59,405 bases of DNA from a virus (IMGVR_UViG_3300027881_000014:1-59405), one strand, 5' to 3'; counted from the first letter of the stretch, positions 29,276 to 38,189 are shown. A program made the numbers and translations. The notes: generated by a model from the letters alone, not told the origin.

Positions 29276-29528
29276 TATTCGTGATCCCTCGCGAATGGGT
29301 AGTGCTTGACAAACAAAAAACATCAATCTCCTCCAAATAAATCATAGCATCCTCCCTAGTTGACACTACCCACGAGTTTCTGCGTTCATTTGCCGCAGCA
29401 TACAAATAGTAAATGGACCTCCTTTCACCGTTGATAATATGGACGGTATATAAACACAGTATGTACGCCTACAAGAACCGAGACTAAGCTTTACCGGGCC
29501 GAGGTCTTGACTATTGTAGGCTTTTTTT
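29276..29528 (+). ncRNA. Candidate sRNA with anti-RBS loop and pseudoknot, ending in a terminator-like stem
   Basis: Stem 29296-29310/29359-29372, H-type pseudoknot 29380-29418, stem GCCTACA/TGTAGGC plus T7 at 29467-29528. Confidence 0.45.
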
Positions 29529-29748
29529 GACTTACGCTTCAGTATATGTGTCTGAGTCTGGCGAATGCAGATGCGGAATTCATATACTAAGAAGCGAATA
29601 AATATCAAGAAGAGCAAAGCACGAGATGTATTGTGAATATTCAGTCACAGACTGCTTTAGGATCCTGATAAAGGAAGTCCTACACAATGTGTACATCTCA
29701 GGAAACATCAAATGCGAGCGTATTTTACGTGTTGAATCATTTGATGTT

Positions 29749-29939
29749 GGGGCTGTAGCTCAGTCAGCGGATGATCCGTAATGATTAACCAAGATACTCG
29801 GCGACATAAGTACGTACAGTCGAGCCCTAACATTTACTCAGTCAGTACTTGATATGCATTAAGGTAAGTGATATCAACGGTGATATAGAGCGTCTGTTTT
29901 AGGAACAGAAGGTCGCGGGTTCAAATCCCGCCAGTCCCA
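29749..29939 (+). tRNA. Atypical tRNA-like RNA, anticodon UAG, with a 126-nt D-loop
   Basis: Acceptor GGGGCTG/CAGTCCC plus A; D-stem GCTC/GAGC; anticodon arm TCTGT-TTTAGGA-ACAGA; variable loop AGGTC; T-arm GCGGG-TTCAAAT-CCCGC. Confidence 0.7.
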
Positions 29940-29988
29940 CTACCCTCTCCAAATAATATATTATTAACTAAACAGAAAGAAGGCAAAT

Positions 29989-30225
29989 ATGGAAACCCAA
30001 ACAGCAATTGGAGCAGTTGGTATAGTAATGGCTTGTTCATTTATACTACTCATCTTCTTTGTTGGTCTGGTTGCATCGGTGAAATACGTTAAACGCGTGT
30101 ATCACCAGGAAAGAGGCAATTTGATTACTCCTGAAGCAGGTAAACTAATTCAAGAAGAAAATGCTGCCTTAAGAAACCAAAATCTCAAAATTATGGAAAA
30201 ACTGAAAACACTGGGTGCTAAATAA
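29989..30225 (+). CDS. Membrane protein with coiled coil
   Basis: N-terminal TM helix; SD GAAGG. Confidence 0.55.
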   Translation: METQTAIGAVGIVMACSFILLIFFVGLVASVKYVKRVYHQERGNLITPEAGKLIQEENAALRNQNLKIMEKLKTLGAK

Positions 30226-30302
30226 TTTTTAGGGTCTCGTAGAGTCTATAGTGTGGGCTCCGGTGTCCAAAGCCGTGAGACCCACTTAATCATAGGAGAT
30301 TT

Positions 30303-30650
30303 ATGGCAAGTAGAAAACAAAAACGAAGGAAAGGTAGATTACATTGTCCGCGTTGCGGTGACAAAAAAATTCATTTGCTAAATAAACAGCAGAACATTTG
30401 GGAATGCTTGCACCCAAGATGTACACATAAATTTGTATATATCAGAGCTACTCGTACGTATCTTGCATTAAAAGATGAAGATTTAACTATCTTAGAGCAG
30501 AAGCAAAGCAACATACCAATCAAGGCGGTAAAAGTAGACCTTGAAACTAAAGCAGAGACAATAAAGAAAATTCCTCAAGTAAAAGAGGATACAAAAGAAG
30601 AAGTTACCGATCAAAATACAGATCTTGATAACCTTTTAGCTGATTTTTAA
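30303..30650 (+). CDS. Zinc-ribbon protein
   Basis: CPRC...WECLHPRC; SD AGGAG. Confidence 0.55.
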   Translation: MASRKQKRRKGRLHCPRCGDKKIHLLNKQQNIWECLHPRCTHKFVYIRATRTYLALKDEDLTILEQKQSNIPIKAVKVDLETKAETIKKIPQVKEDTKEEVTDQNTDLDNLLADF

Positions 30651-30976
30651 TAGGAAAACCGACGTAATTCGGTGTGCTTACTAATAAAACGAAACCTTGA
30701 TTTAAACTATCTATACGCTGCTATCAACAAGTAGTATGACTATGTCAAGCTTGGTCTCCCCTGTCTCGGGAGGCGCCGATTGACTACCATATGAATATCT
30801 TCAGTTATCTTGACGAAAGATGACAAGGTTATGATGTATACGAAAGTGTATATCTTAATAATAGATACCATATAAGACAGTGACGCTGGGTTTGGTATTG
30901 TACCACCACGATATTAGTAGAGCGATAATTGGGATGAGGGCAAAACATTAGCCCTCAGCTCATATTTTTTTAACTA

Positions 30977-31522
30977 ATGAAAGAAAAGGAATTAAGAATG
31001 AACGGAATCACATTTCAAGGTGAACCACCTATGATGGATTTCACGCTGGTTAAATTAAACCACGGTGAGAATCTTCTGGATAACCAAGGAGGTACAATAG
31101 CCTCTTTAGGTTCTGGGGAATTAGCCAAAATAATCACAGATGCAGGTCAGTCATTACTGAATAGTATTGAAGCTACACTTAAGGAGATGGATCCTAATCA
31201 GTGTATCAGAGTGCAGATACTACTTCACGGTAATGCTGGTTATACATTTGTATCTCCAATGGCTGCAAATAATCCATCATTTTATGAAAAATCAAAATTT
31301 GTTATAGCCGGTGGTGATGGTAACCCAAATAACAATAATATTATTAATGCTATTCCTAAGAACCAGGCAAACCAGCCTAATCCAGTGAAAACAATAGTAA
31401 TCGTTGGATCTAATCTGGTAAATAATGGTTCTGGTGATGGTAAGTCTGCTATAAGGCATGCTACACTACACGATAATGAGGACAACCTTAAGGAAGGCGA
31501 AGACATTATCAATGCCACCTAA
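30977..31522 (+). CDS. Hypothetical protein (Asn/Gly-rich)
   Basis: 181-aa ORF; no family recognised. Confidence 0.5.
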   Translation: MKEKELRMNGITFQGEPPMMDFTLVKLNHGENLLDNQGGTIASLGSGELAKIITDAGQSLLNSIEATLKEMDPNQCIRVQILLHGNAGYTFVSPMAANNPSFYEKSKFVIAGGDGNPNNNNIINAIPKNQANQPNPVKTIVIVGSNLVNNGSGDGKSAIRHATLHDNEDNLKEGEDIINAT

Positions 31523-31674
31523 GTAGGCTATCATTGCAGTATAAGCAGTAAGGCGAGGTCGGTGATCCTGGAGGGCCAAACTCTAGGCTGTGAAATACCA
31601 TAAGATGAACCGAGTTAAGGAAACGTTGGGAAGATGGGTATTATTTGTAACCTTACCTTATACTGTCAGCAGAC

Positions 31675-31703
31675 TTGACAAATGACATCTTTTGTTGTAT
31701 ATT
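31675..31703 (+). promoter_or_regulatory. Sigma70-type promoter, near twin of the portal promoter
   Basis: TTGACA-17 nt-TATATT, 29 nt upstream of the ATG at 31733. Confidence 0.75.
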
Positions 31704-31732
31704 AGACAGTACAATATATAATTAAGGACGTT

Positions 31733-32527
31733 ATGCGTGATTTTACAATACGAAGTGGCAAGTATCAAGGAGTCCACATTATCTACGATAGTGAGGATGA
31801 GGCCACGGAGCACAGCATAGTTTTTAGAAAACCTTGGTATGATGGCAAAACAGAACCTGGTGACTGGGTTGTAAGCGATGATGGGTATGTTATTCAATGT
31901 CTCCATAAGTATAAGCTTGTGAATAAGAGACATCGTTCAGGACAACATACAGTTAGCTATCGCTTCCCCAATGGCACCTTCTATGTCTATATAGACAAAT
32001 ATGGCCAGAAACATGTTAAAAATTTCTATGCAGTAGCCACGGCAGCTCATAAGAACTCACTTGGTAATACCCCACGTATTGGTAGGTATATGACAAGCAA
32101 AAAGAAAGAGTTTGTTACTCTCGTAGCGGGAGGAATGGATATCTACGCTGCTTATATCAAAGCCTACTCAGTTAGAACTTTTAGTCGTAACGGAATTTTA
32201 ATACAATTAAACAAATTGATGGATGATCCGTTAGTAAGGGCTGAATTGATGGAACAGATGAAGCCATTTATGGCACAAGTCGAAACGAATTTAAAAGAAA
32301 AAACAGGAGCAGAATCCCTGATAGAATTTTTAGTTGACCAAGTAACAGAGCTTGTTGTTGACGAAAAGTCTAAGGTACCCAAAGAAAGACGAGCTAATAT
32401 ACAATTGCTTGTCAAGCTATTTGGTGATCAGCTTGGAATCGCTCTTAAAGAAAAATCAAAAAAGGAGATTGAGGATGCAGAATTTGAAGTTCTCTCTCCC
32501 CCTGAACTAGGAATATCTAAAGATTAA
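31733..32527 (+). CDS. Putative terminase small subunit (HTH) with extra N-terminal domain
   Basis: KKKEFVTLVAGGMDIYAAYIKAY...LNKLMDDPLVRAEL matches the TerS HTH pattern; RRANIQLLVKLFG oligomerisation-like helix; IEDAEFEV tail. Confidence 0.55.
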   Translation: MRDFTIRSGKYQGVHIIYDSEDEATEHSIVFRKPWYDGKTEPGDWVVSDDGYVIQCLHKYKLVNKRHRSGQHTVSYRFPNGTFYVYIDKYGQKHVKNFYAVATAAHKNSLGNTPRIGRYMTSKKKEFVTLVAGGMDIYAAYIKAYSVRTFSRNGILIQLNKLMDDPLVRAELMEQMKPFMAQVETNLKEKTGAESLIEFLVDQVTELVVDEKSKVPKERRANIQLLVKLFGDQLGIALKEKSKKEIEDAEFEVLSPPELGISKD

Positions 32528-32539
32528 GAAAGAAAATCA

Positions 32540-33007
32540 ATGGAGCTAAACGCATTATCTATTTTGATAGGTATCATTGGAACTACAAGCACATTTGCGC
32601 TACTCTTTTGGCTAATAGGTATGATAAGGAATGCTAATCGATATGACAGACCTATCTACCTTGCTCGTGATGATGAAGTAGCCTATGCAATGGCTATGGC
32701 TAGTCCTCGTAGAATATGGATATATGATGATGTGACATCTCTTGTTTATGATAATTGGGATTTGCAATTACTTAAAGCTTATCCACAAATCAAAAGCAAT
32801 TATGACACTATCCCAAGAATGTGCGACTTGATCCTAACCCCCAAGAAATGGGGAGGTTATTGGGCAAGCGTAATTACTAAAGACCTTGGGAAAAAGCATA
32901 CAAGAGAGATGCAGATTTATCAATACATTACTACATTCTTAGGAGAATATCATGAAGATCATCACATCTCACGAAATAGAGAAGCTGGTACTAAGATTGT
33001 ACCGTAA
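32540..33007 (+). CDS. Hypothetical membrane-anchored protein
   Basis: N-terminal TM helix. Confidence 0.5.
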   Translation: MELNALSILIGIIGTTSTFALLFWLIGMIRNANRYDRPIYLARDDEVAYAMAMASPRRIWIYDDVTSLVYDNWDLQLLKAYPQIKSNYDTIPRMCDLILTPKKWGGYWASVITKDLGKKHTREMQIYQYITTFLGEYHEDHHISRNREAGTKIVP

Positions 33008-33437
33008 GTTATGTAGTTCACCAAATGATTTCAAATTAAATGAAAAGGACAAACAAACAATTTTGAGCATAGTTAAATTATTCAACTTTACAATAGCCGA
33101 TGAACATCGAGGCATAGTAGGATATAGTGACTGGGCAATACCAGTTATCGTTAATCAAGAACCTGATATAAGGATAGTTGACCAAGGAGAGGGACTCACT
33201 GGTAATCAATCTGAGATATTCAGGACGGTTAAATACCAGATTTATAGCGATTTTCTATTAGCTGTATGGGATGGGCATGTAACAGATGTAATGTTAGTCT
33301 ATGCTGGGCTGATTCAAATAGGACATCAGGTAGAGGTACTACCTCGATTAAGTGATAAGAAATGTTATTCCTATGAAATGGCCAAGAAAGAGTATGATAA
33401 GAGATTACGAGGTAAGCATGATAAGAAGAAACCATGA
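32952..33437 (+). CDS. Hypothetical protein
   Basis: ORF with SD AGGAG in a co-oriented run. Confidence 0.5.
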   Translation: MKIITSHEIEKLVLRLYRKLCSSPNDFKLNEKDKQTILSIVKLFNFTIADEHRGIVGYSDWAIPVIVNQEPDIRIVDQGEGLTGNQSEIFRTVKYQIYSDFLLAVWDGHVTDVMLVYAGLIQIGHQVEVLPRLSDKKCYSYEMAKKEYDKRLRGKHDKKKP

Positions 33438-33903
33438 TGTCTATGTTATCTCTTATGGTATTAATGAATTTCCAGTAGGAAGAATTAAACAGGATACACT
33501 ATTTTTGGATAATCCATCCCGTCATAGACATACGATGAGTTATGGTATTGATAGAGAAGTTTTAACATCTGATGAGATGGATTTCCAATATATAATAATC
33601 CGAGAAAGAGGCAAAGATTGGACTACCTCTCGAAGCTTCTGGAAAGATTATGGTAAGATACAGGATTTAAACAATGGAAGAGTAGAATTATTCTTAGCAG
33701 ATGAATGGTATGGTGAAGAAATAACCATTCTCTACAAGAAAATTTTAGAGAACAAATGGTTACAATTTGATATATTTGACCTTGCTCATCACTCTGGTAG
33801 TTGGGATGGATTCTATAAAGTCTTACCCTATTGGGAAAAAGCTTATGAGCTCAAAGATGAGCTTAAAGAAAAATTGAACTATATCAGAAAGGTTGAATTA
33901 TGA
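33352..33903 (+). CDS. Hypothetical protein (start probably at MIRRNHD)
   Basis: ORF in a co-oriented run. Confidence 0.5.
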   Translation: MIRNVIPMKWPRKSMIRDYEVSMIRRNHDVYVISYGINEFPVGRIKQDTLFLDNPSRHRHTMSYGIDREVLTSDEMDFQYIIIRERGKDWTTSRSFWKDYGKIQDLNNGRVELFLADEWYGEEITILYKKILENKWLQFDIFDLAHHSGSWDGFYKVLPYWEKAYELKDELKEKLNYIRKVEL

Positions 33904-35180
33904 CTGACCTAGCAAAAAGAGTCAAAAAAATTAATCAACAGATTGCATCATTAATGGAAGAAAATACGCAACATAAAGCTAATCTTCATTTTCTTGATCA
34001 GCAATCGTTAATCACAGAAGCAAATTTAAGGCAAATAATGAGTAAAAAGGACAAACAACGAAATTATATAGGTAAGGATGGCAAAGCGTTATTTGAATTT
34101 GACGAAGTTATGAATAATGTAAAACAGATTAATGAGGAATATGATATCACATCTGATGAAACCACTGGTAAAGTATGGATAGCCTCCACTAATGGAGAAG
34201 TTATTATACAAGGTGTTATAGCTGGATATGTTCCTAAAGATTCTGAAAAGCCAGCGCCTGGAGCCGAATTCATCTATCTAGAAGGTAAGCCTAATAGAGA
34301 ACCTAAAGAAGGTGAATATCATGATGCTATGTTTTCTGGTGCTATTCATTTTGAAAATCTACCATTGAAAACGTTTGCTACTTTAGTCAAAGGAAAAGAA
34401 GAGGTTAAGGATGAGAAATTGGATAAACAAAAAGAAACCACTAGTTCTGACATACGAGCAGATTTCATCCCAGCATTGCCAACGAAGGGTGAACTCTCTA
34501 AGATATCAGCGGGTCAACTCAAGCCACCCAAATGCTCGAGAACGGCTAAGGCAAATTGGTGGAAGCTTCTACGTGAGAAGTATCCTGACTCTTTTGATCA
34601 CGGCGGTAACTGGCTTGGTCTTGTTGATAGCAAGCCTAATATGTCTCCCAATTTTGTTGACGGTAGGACCCTTGATATTGATAACAAAAAAGATGTACAA
34701 GAACTGGTTATCGAAGAAGAGGGCAAAGCAGTATCAGAACCAGTTAAACCGGCTAATGACAGAGGAAGGGGAGTTCCGGGACTCCTAACATCAACTGGGC
34801 AAGGCAATGCCATCACAAATATGACTGATGACAAGATTAAGAATGGCTTTTTCTTGGGCAGACTATTTGAAAAAGGTTATGCTATTATCTCTACTCCTGC
34901 TAAAGAAGGAGACTTTGAAAAGTCAGCCTTCCTTATCTGTAATAAAGAGAAAACAGCAAAGTTTCTAAACATCGGGTTAAACCGAAGTCAAAGTTTTGTA
35001 ACTAAAGTGGATGGTGCAGAACCATTCCACATTCGTGAACTTAAGAAAGAGTTCTTTGAGGACACACCTGAGAATAAAAAGGTTTTAGTATGGTGGATAA
35101 CAAATGCAGTTTCCGCTCTTCAAGCATTGGGAACGCAAGATAAAGATATTGAATCTATCAAAGAACAAATATCAGCTTAA
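33900..35180 (+). CDS. Hypothetical protein, N-terminal coiled coil
   Basis: 426-aa ORF with ATGA coupling. Confidence 0.6.
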   Translation: MTDLAKRVKKINQQIASLMEENTQHKANLHFLDQQSLITEANLRQIMSKKDKQRNYIGKDGKALFEFDEVMNNVKQINEEYDITSDETTGKVWIASTNGEVIIQGVIAGYVPKDSEKPAPGAEFIYLEGKPNREPKEGEYHDAMFSGAIHFENLPLKTFATLVKGKEEVKDEKLDKQKETTSSDIRADFIPALPTKGELSKISAGQLKPPKCSRTAKANWWKLLREKYPDSFDHGGNWLGLVDSKPNMSPNFVDGRTLDIDNKKDVQELVIEEEGKAVSEPVKPANDRGRGVPGLLTSTGQGNAITNMTDDKIKNGFFLGRLFEKGYAIISTPAKEGDFEKSAFLICNKEKTAKFLNIGLNRSQSFVTKVDGAEPFHIRELKKEFFEDTPENKKVLVWWITNAVSALQALGTQDKDIESIKEQISA

Positions 35181-35181
35181 T

Positions 35182-35209
35182 GGTTGGGGCTTATGCCCCG
35201 CCTTTTTTT
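35182..35209 (+). terminator. Rho-independent terminator
   Basis: GGGGC-TTAT-GCCCC stem plus T7. Confidence 0.7.
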
Positions 35210-35225
35210 AAGATAGGACAATCAA

Positions 35226-35693
35226 ATGGAAAAATTATCACAACAAGTTATAAGGGAGTCAATGATGGAAGAAAACCCAGAGGGTACAGTGGAAGATTTT
35301 ACATATGAAGTAGTTGAAGATGATTATAAACAACCTTCTAATCCATTGGTAGATTTTGGAATTGATGATGATACATATGAAAACCTTAAAGTTAATGGTC
35401 TATTAAGCTTTTATGGAATGAGAGACTATTGGATTGATAAGATGTATCACAAAATCAGAGGAGCATTTGATAATGGTAAAAGAATGAGAGCATTTCAATG
35501 CTTCGACTTTCTCTCGAATAGAGTTTTTAAGGGAGTTAGCGTAGAAAACATCAGAAAAGGTGTATACAATGACAGGTATATAAAAAAACCTTGGAAATCA
35601 ACTGATATTCTACCTATTATAACAGAACATGAACTAAAAGAATTTAGGAAAACCTATGCCAGACAACAGGCCACTAATAGATCCTTTAGATGA
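35226..35693 (+). CDS. Hypothetical protein
   Basis: 155-aa ORF with SD AGGA. Confidence 0.5.
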   Translation: MEKLSQQVIRESMMEENPEGTVEDFTYEVVEDDYKQPSNPLVDFGIDDDTYENLKVNGLLSFYGMRDYWIDKMYHKIRGAFDNGKRMRAFQCFDFLSNRVFKGVSVENIRKGVYNDRYIKKPWKSTDILPIITEHELKEFRKTYARQQATNRSFR

Positions 35694-35807
35694 GGATACG
35701 TTTGACGACAGAATAATTAGACACGCACCTATCAGAAGCACATTTGAATCTATATCACAAGCACGTTGGGATAAAGTATTTGCACCAAAATGGAGCTTTG
35801 AATTTGT

Positions 35808-36332
35808 ATGGATGCGTACAAGAAAAAATTTGTAATTGGGATAGATCCAGGCCGGAACGGTGGTATTGTAGGCCTAACTAACGGTAACATAAACATCATT
35901 GGTAAAATGCCTCTACAACCATCAGATATATGGGGCTATTTTGCCGACGACCTGGGCATCCCATTAATAGGAAAGGAAAATATACATGTCTTTATCGAAG
36001 ACGTTCATAGCATGCCTACTGATGGTGTGCGGAGCGCTTTTTCTTTTGGTAAACATTTGGGTTGGCTTGATATGCTGCTCGCTTATTACAGGCTGGATAC
36101 TACACGAGTATTACCGGCTAAGTGGCAAAACAGTTTCGGTCTATCCAGAAAAGAAAGCAGAACCAGCACTAAGTATGAGTATAAGAAACACATTAGGGAC
36201 AAGGCGCTTCTTCTGGTACCTCAATCTCACCAAAAAGAAATCACATTAGCAACCTGTGATGCTTATCTTATAGCATTATGGGGCTTTAATCAATTAAAGG
36301 AACAACATGAAAATCAAACGAAGAGCTGGTAA
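35808..36332 (+). CDS. ruvC: RuvC-like Holliday junction resolvase
   Basis: IGIDPG.NGGI, FIEDVHSMP.DGVRSAFSFG, V.PAKWQ, DAYLIA. Confidence 0.8.
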   Translation: MDAYKKKFVIGIDPGRNGGIVGLTNGNINIIGKMPLQPSDIWGYFADDLGIPLIGKENIHVFIEDVHSMPTDGVRSAFSFGKHLGWLDMLLAYYRLDTTRVLPAKWQNSFGLSRKESRTSTKYEYKKHIRDKALLLVPQSHQKEITLATCDAYLIALWGFNQLKEQHENQTKSW

Positions 36333-36549
36333 GGTTCTCGAATTTATCATAGTGTTAACACTACTATTATTAGTAGCTTATCACGTAAACAGGATATTAT
36401 ACCCATGAGTCACATAAATAAGTACCTAAGACGTGTAGCAACACGCTTAGCTAAAGAGCGTCGGGCTAAACCGGGTGCTCGTCCCGAGGGCCAGAAGGAT
36501 AAAACCGAATGGACAACAGATGAGTGTTACCAAGAAATTATACTAAGAC

Positions 36550-37101
36550 ATGAACTCAAGGAGGAAAAATCAAATGGATAAAATCACACGAAAAATGATA
36601 GTAAATAAGTACGATGAGTTATGTACCAGAATGGATATTATTACACATAGTCTTAATCCTTGTCATCTTACTATCAAAAAGATTGGTGATGAACCATGTG
36701 TAGCATCTTGTGCTGGCTATGCTAGTGATTCAGAAGCATTATGTTGTGAACCTACTGGTGCTTTTACAAGATGTAAGCATTGGAAAAGAAAATCTACTGG
36801 TGATGCTGGCTGTAGTGTTAAATCATTACGTTGTAAAATCTGGTTTTGTTCTTCTCTTAAACAAGAAAATATGGAAATAACACAATTTGAAGTACGCAGC
36901 TTAAGGCGTTATGATTGGATCTTAGGTAATACAGCTACTATCATTATCAACCAAGAACATGCAACCATCATCAAAGAAATGAGGATTTGGTTATTTGATA
37001 GATATTTTAGAATGGGTAAAGAGAGGGCTATAGAGTGGTCTTATAAATACAGAGATCAGATAATTAGGAACATGCAAGAAGAAATTAAAAATAACATATG
37101 A
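36550..37101 (+). CDS. Cys-rich hypothetical protein
   Basis: NPC...CC...CKH...GCSVKSLRCKIWFC. Confidence 0.5.
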   Translation: MNSRRKNQMDKITRKMIVNKYDELCTRMDIITHSLNPCHLTIKKIGDEPCVASCAGYASDSEALCCEPTGAFTRCKHWKRKSTGDAGCSVKSLRCKIWFCSSLKQENMEITQFEVRSLRRYDWILGNTATIIINQEHATIIKEMRIWLFDRYFRMGKERAIEWSYKYRDQIIRNMQEEIKNNI

Positions 37102-37107
37102 CTCTAA

Positions 37108-37353
37108 GTGAAGAATTTATGCAATGATTGTGGTTTGTGCTGTCGATTTGAAGACGGCACAGACTGTAAATGGTTAAGATATAGAAAAAATGGTAAGACC
37201 TTTTGCCGTATTTTTTTAACAAGGCTTGGCAGAAGTACTGGTAGGCCAGGATTCTTATGCTTTCCAATTATGATGATACCTAAAATGTTTAAGGATTGTC
37301 CTTATAATTGGTATAAACTAAGAGCATTTTGGAAGAGAGGATGTAGATGGTAA
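37108..37353 (+). CDS. YkgJ-like cysteine-cluster protein
   Basis: CNDCGLCC...CKWL...CRIF..R...CPY. Confidence 0.5.
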   Translation: MKNLCNDCGLCCRFEDGTDCKWLRYRKNGKTFCRIFLTRLGRSTGRPGFLCFPIMMIPKMFKDCPYNWYKLRAFWKRGCRW

Positions 37354-37559
37354 TGGATATTACGCCTACTAAGGCGTTACCTTGGATATTATTTGTATTA
37401 ACATTAGCTGGTTACATATGGACTGCCTCTAGTATTAATAGTAAGTTAGACTATCTATTGGCTAGAGATCAGGAAGAACGGGTTTTTTTACTTAATAAAA
37501 TGAACCATAACTACCTTAGCAAACCAGAACCAAGTATAAAGGATACGATACATGATTAG
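37347..37559 (+). CDS. Small membrane protein
   Basis: TM segment LPWILFVLTLAGYIW. Confidence 0.45.
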   Translation: MVMDITPTKALPWILFVLTLAGYIWTASSINSKLDYLLARDQEERVFLLNKMNHNYLSKPEPSIKDTIHD

Positions 37560-37986
37560 GGATTATGAAGAAAAAGATTGGACAGAATTTAGAAAACTAA
37601 TAATGGAGCAATGGGATGAAAGGTATACCTATGATGCAGTTGAGTATAACTTACTTGATCCTTATTGTTATAGCGATGATTATCTTGTGGACAAAGACAA
37701 TTATAAGTGTTTTGTAGCAGAAGACGAAGATGGTCTCTGTGGCTTTATACTTGTCTCCTATGGCAAGACTAGCTTAAACCTAGAGTATGTCTATGTTACA
37801 CAGAGAAAGCGGCGTCAAGGTCTATCCTTGAAGCTTATGAAGCATATTGAGACTTATGGTCGGTTTGTGGGTAAAAAAGAGATAAAAATGTGGTCCTTAG
37901 TACAAAATGATAGATCACATGAAATGAAAAAGAAATTAGGGTATACATATGAAATGTACTCATATACAGCAAGGAAAAAACTATAA
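37552..37986 (+). CDS. GNAT family acetyltransferase
   Basis: MIRDY...CFVAE...LCGFI...LEYVYV...RRQGLS..LM acetyl-CoA-binding motif; KKLGY. Confidence 0.8.
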   Translation: MIRDYEEKDWTEFRKLIMEQWDERYTYDAVEYNLLDPYCYSDDYLVDKDNYKCFVAEDEDGLCGFILVSYGKTSLNLEYVYVTQRKRRQGLSLKLMKHIETYGRFVGKKEIKMWSLVQNDRSHEMKKKLGYTYEMYSYTARKKL

Positions 37987-38189
37987 TGGCTAAGAAAATA
38001 AAAACTAAAGATAAAAAGTGTTGTGTAACTTGTAAGTATATAGCTCAAGATTGTAATGACGGCTTTAATTGTGTAGAAAGAATGGGTAGTATTGGTTTAT
38101 CAACCAATTTTTTTACTAATATTTATAGAGATAATTGTAATGCCTATCAAAGAAGAGCTAAAGATATTAAAATACCAAAATATGATTAA
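37986..38189 (+). CDS. Small Cys-rich protein
   Basis: CCVTCKY...C...CNAY. Confidence 0.45.
   Translation: MAKKIKTKDKKCCVTCKYIAQDCNDGFNCVERMGSIGLSTNFFTNIYRDNCNAYQRRAKDIKIPKYD

Noticed and set aside
29898-29904. Suppressor tRNA (loop contains TTA and TAG)
   Set aside because: In the 7-nt loop TTTAGGA the centred anticodon is UAG, which reads CUA/CUG; a suppressor would need CUA, UUA or UCA at that position.
29749-29939. tmRNA (GGGGCTG start and similar 3' end)
   Set aside because: It has a full D-stem and anticodon arm, lacks G3:U70, is too short, and shows no tag reading frame.
30790-30860. Hammerhead ribozyme (TGATG...GAAA)
   Set aside because: The CUGANGA core and three-stem arrangement are not satisfied; GAAA is simply a tetraloop.
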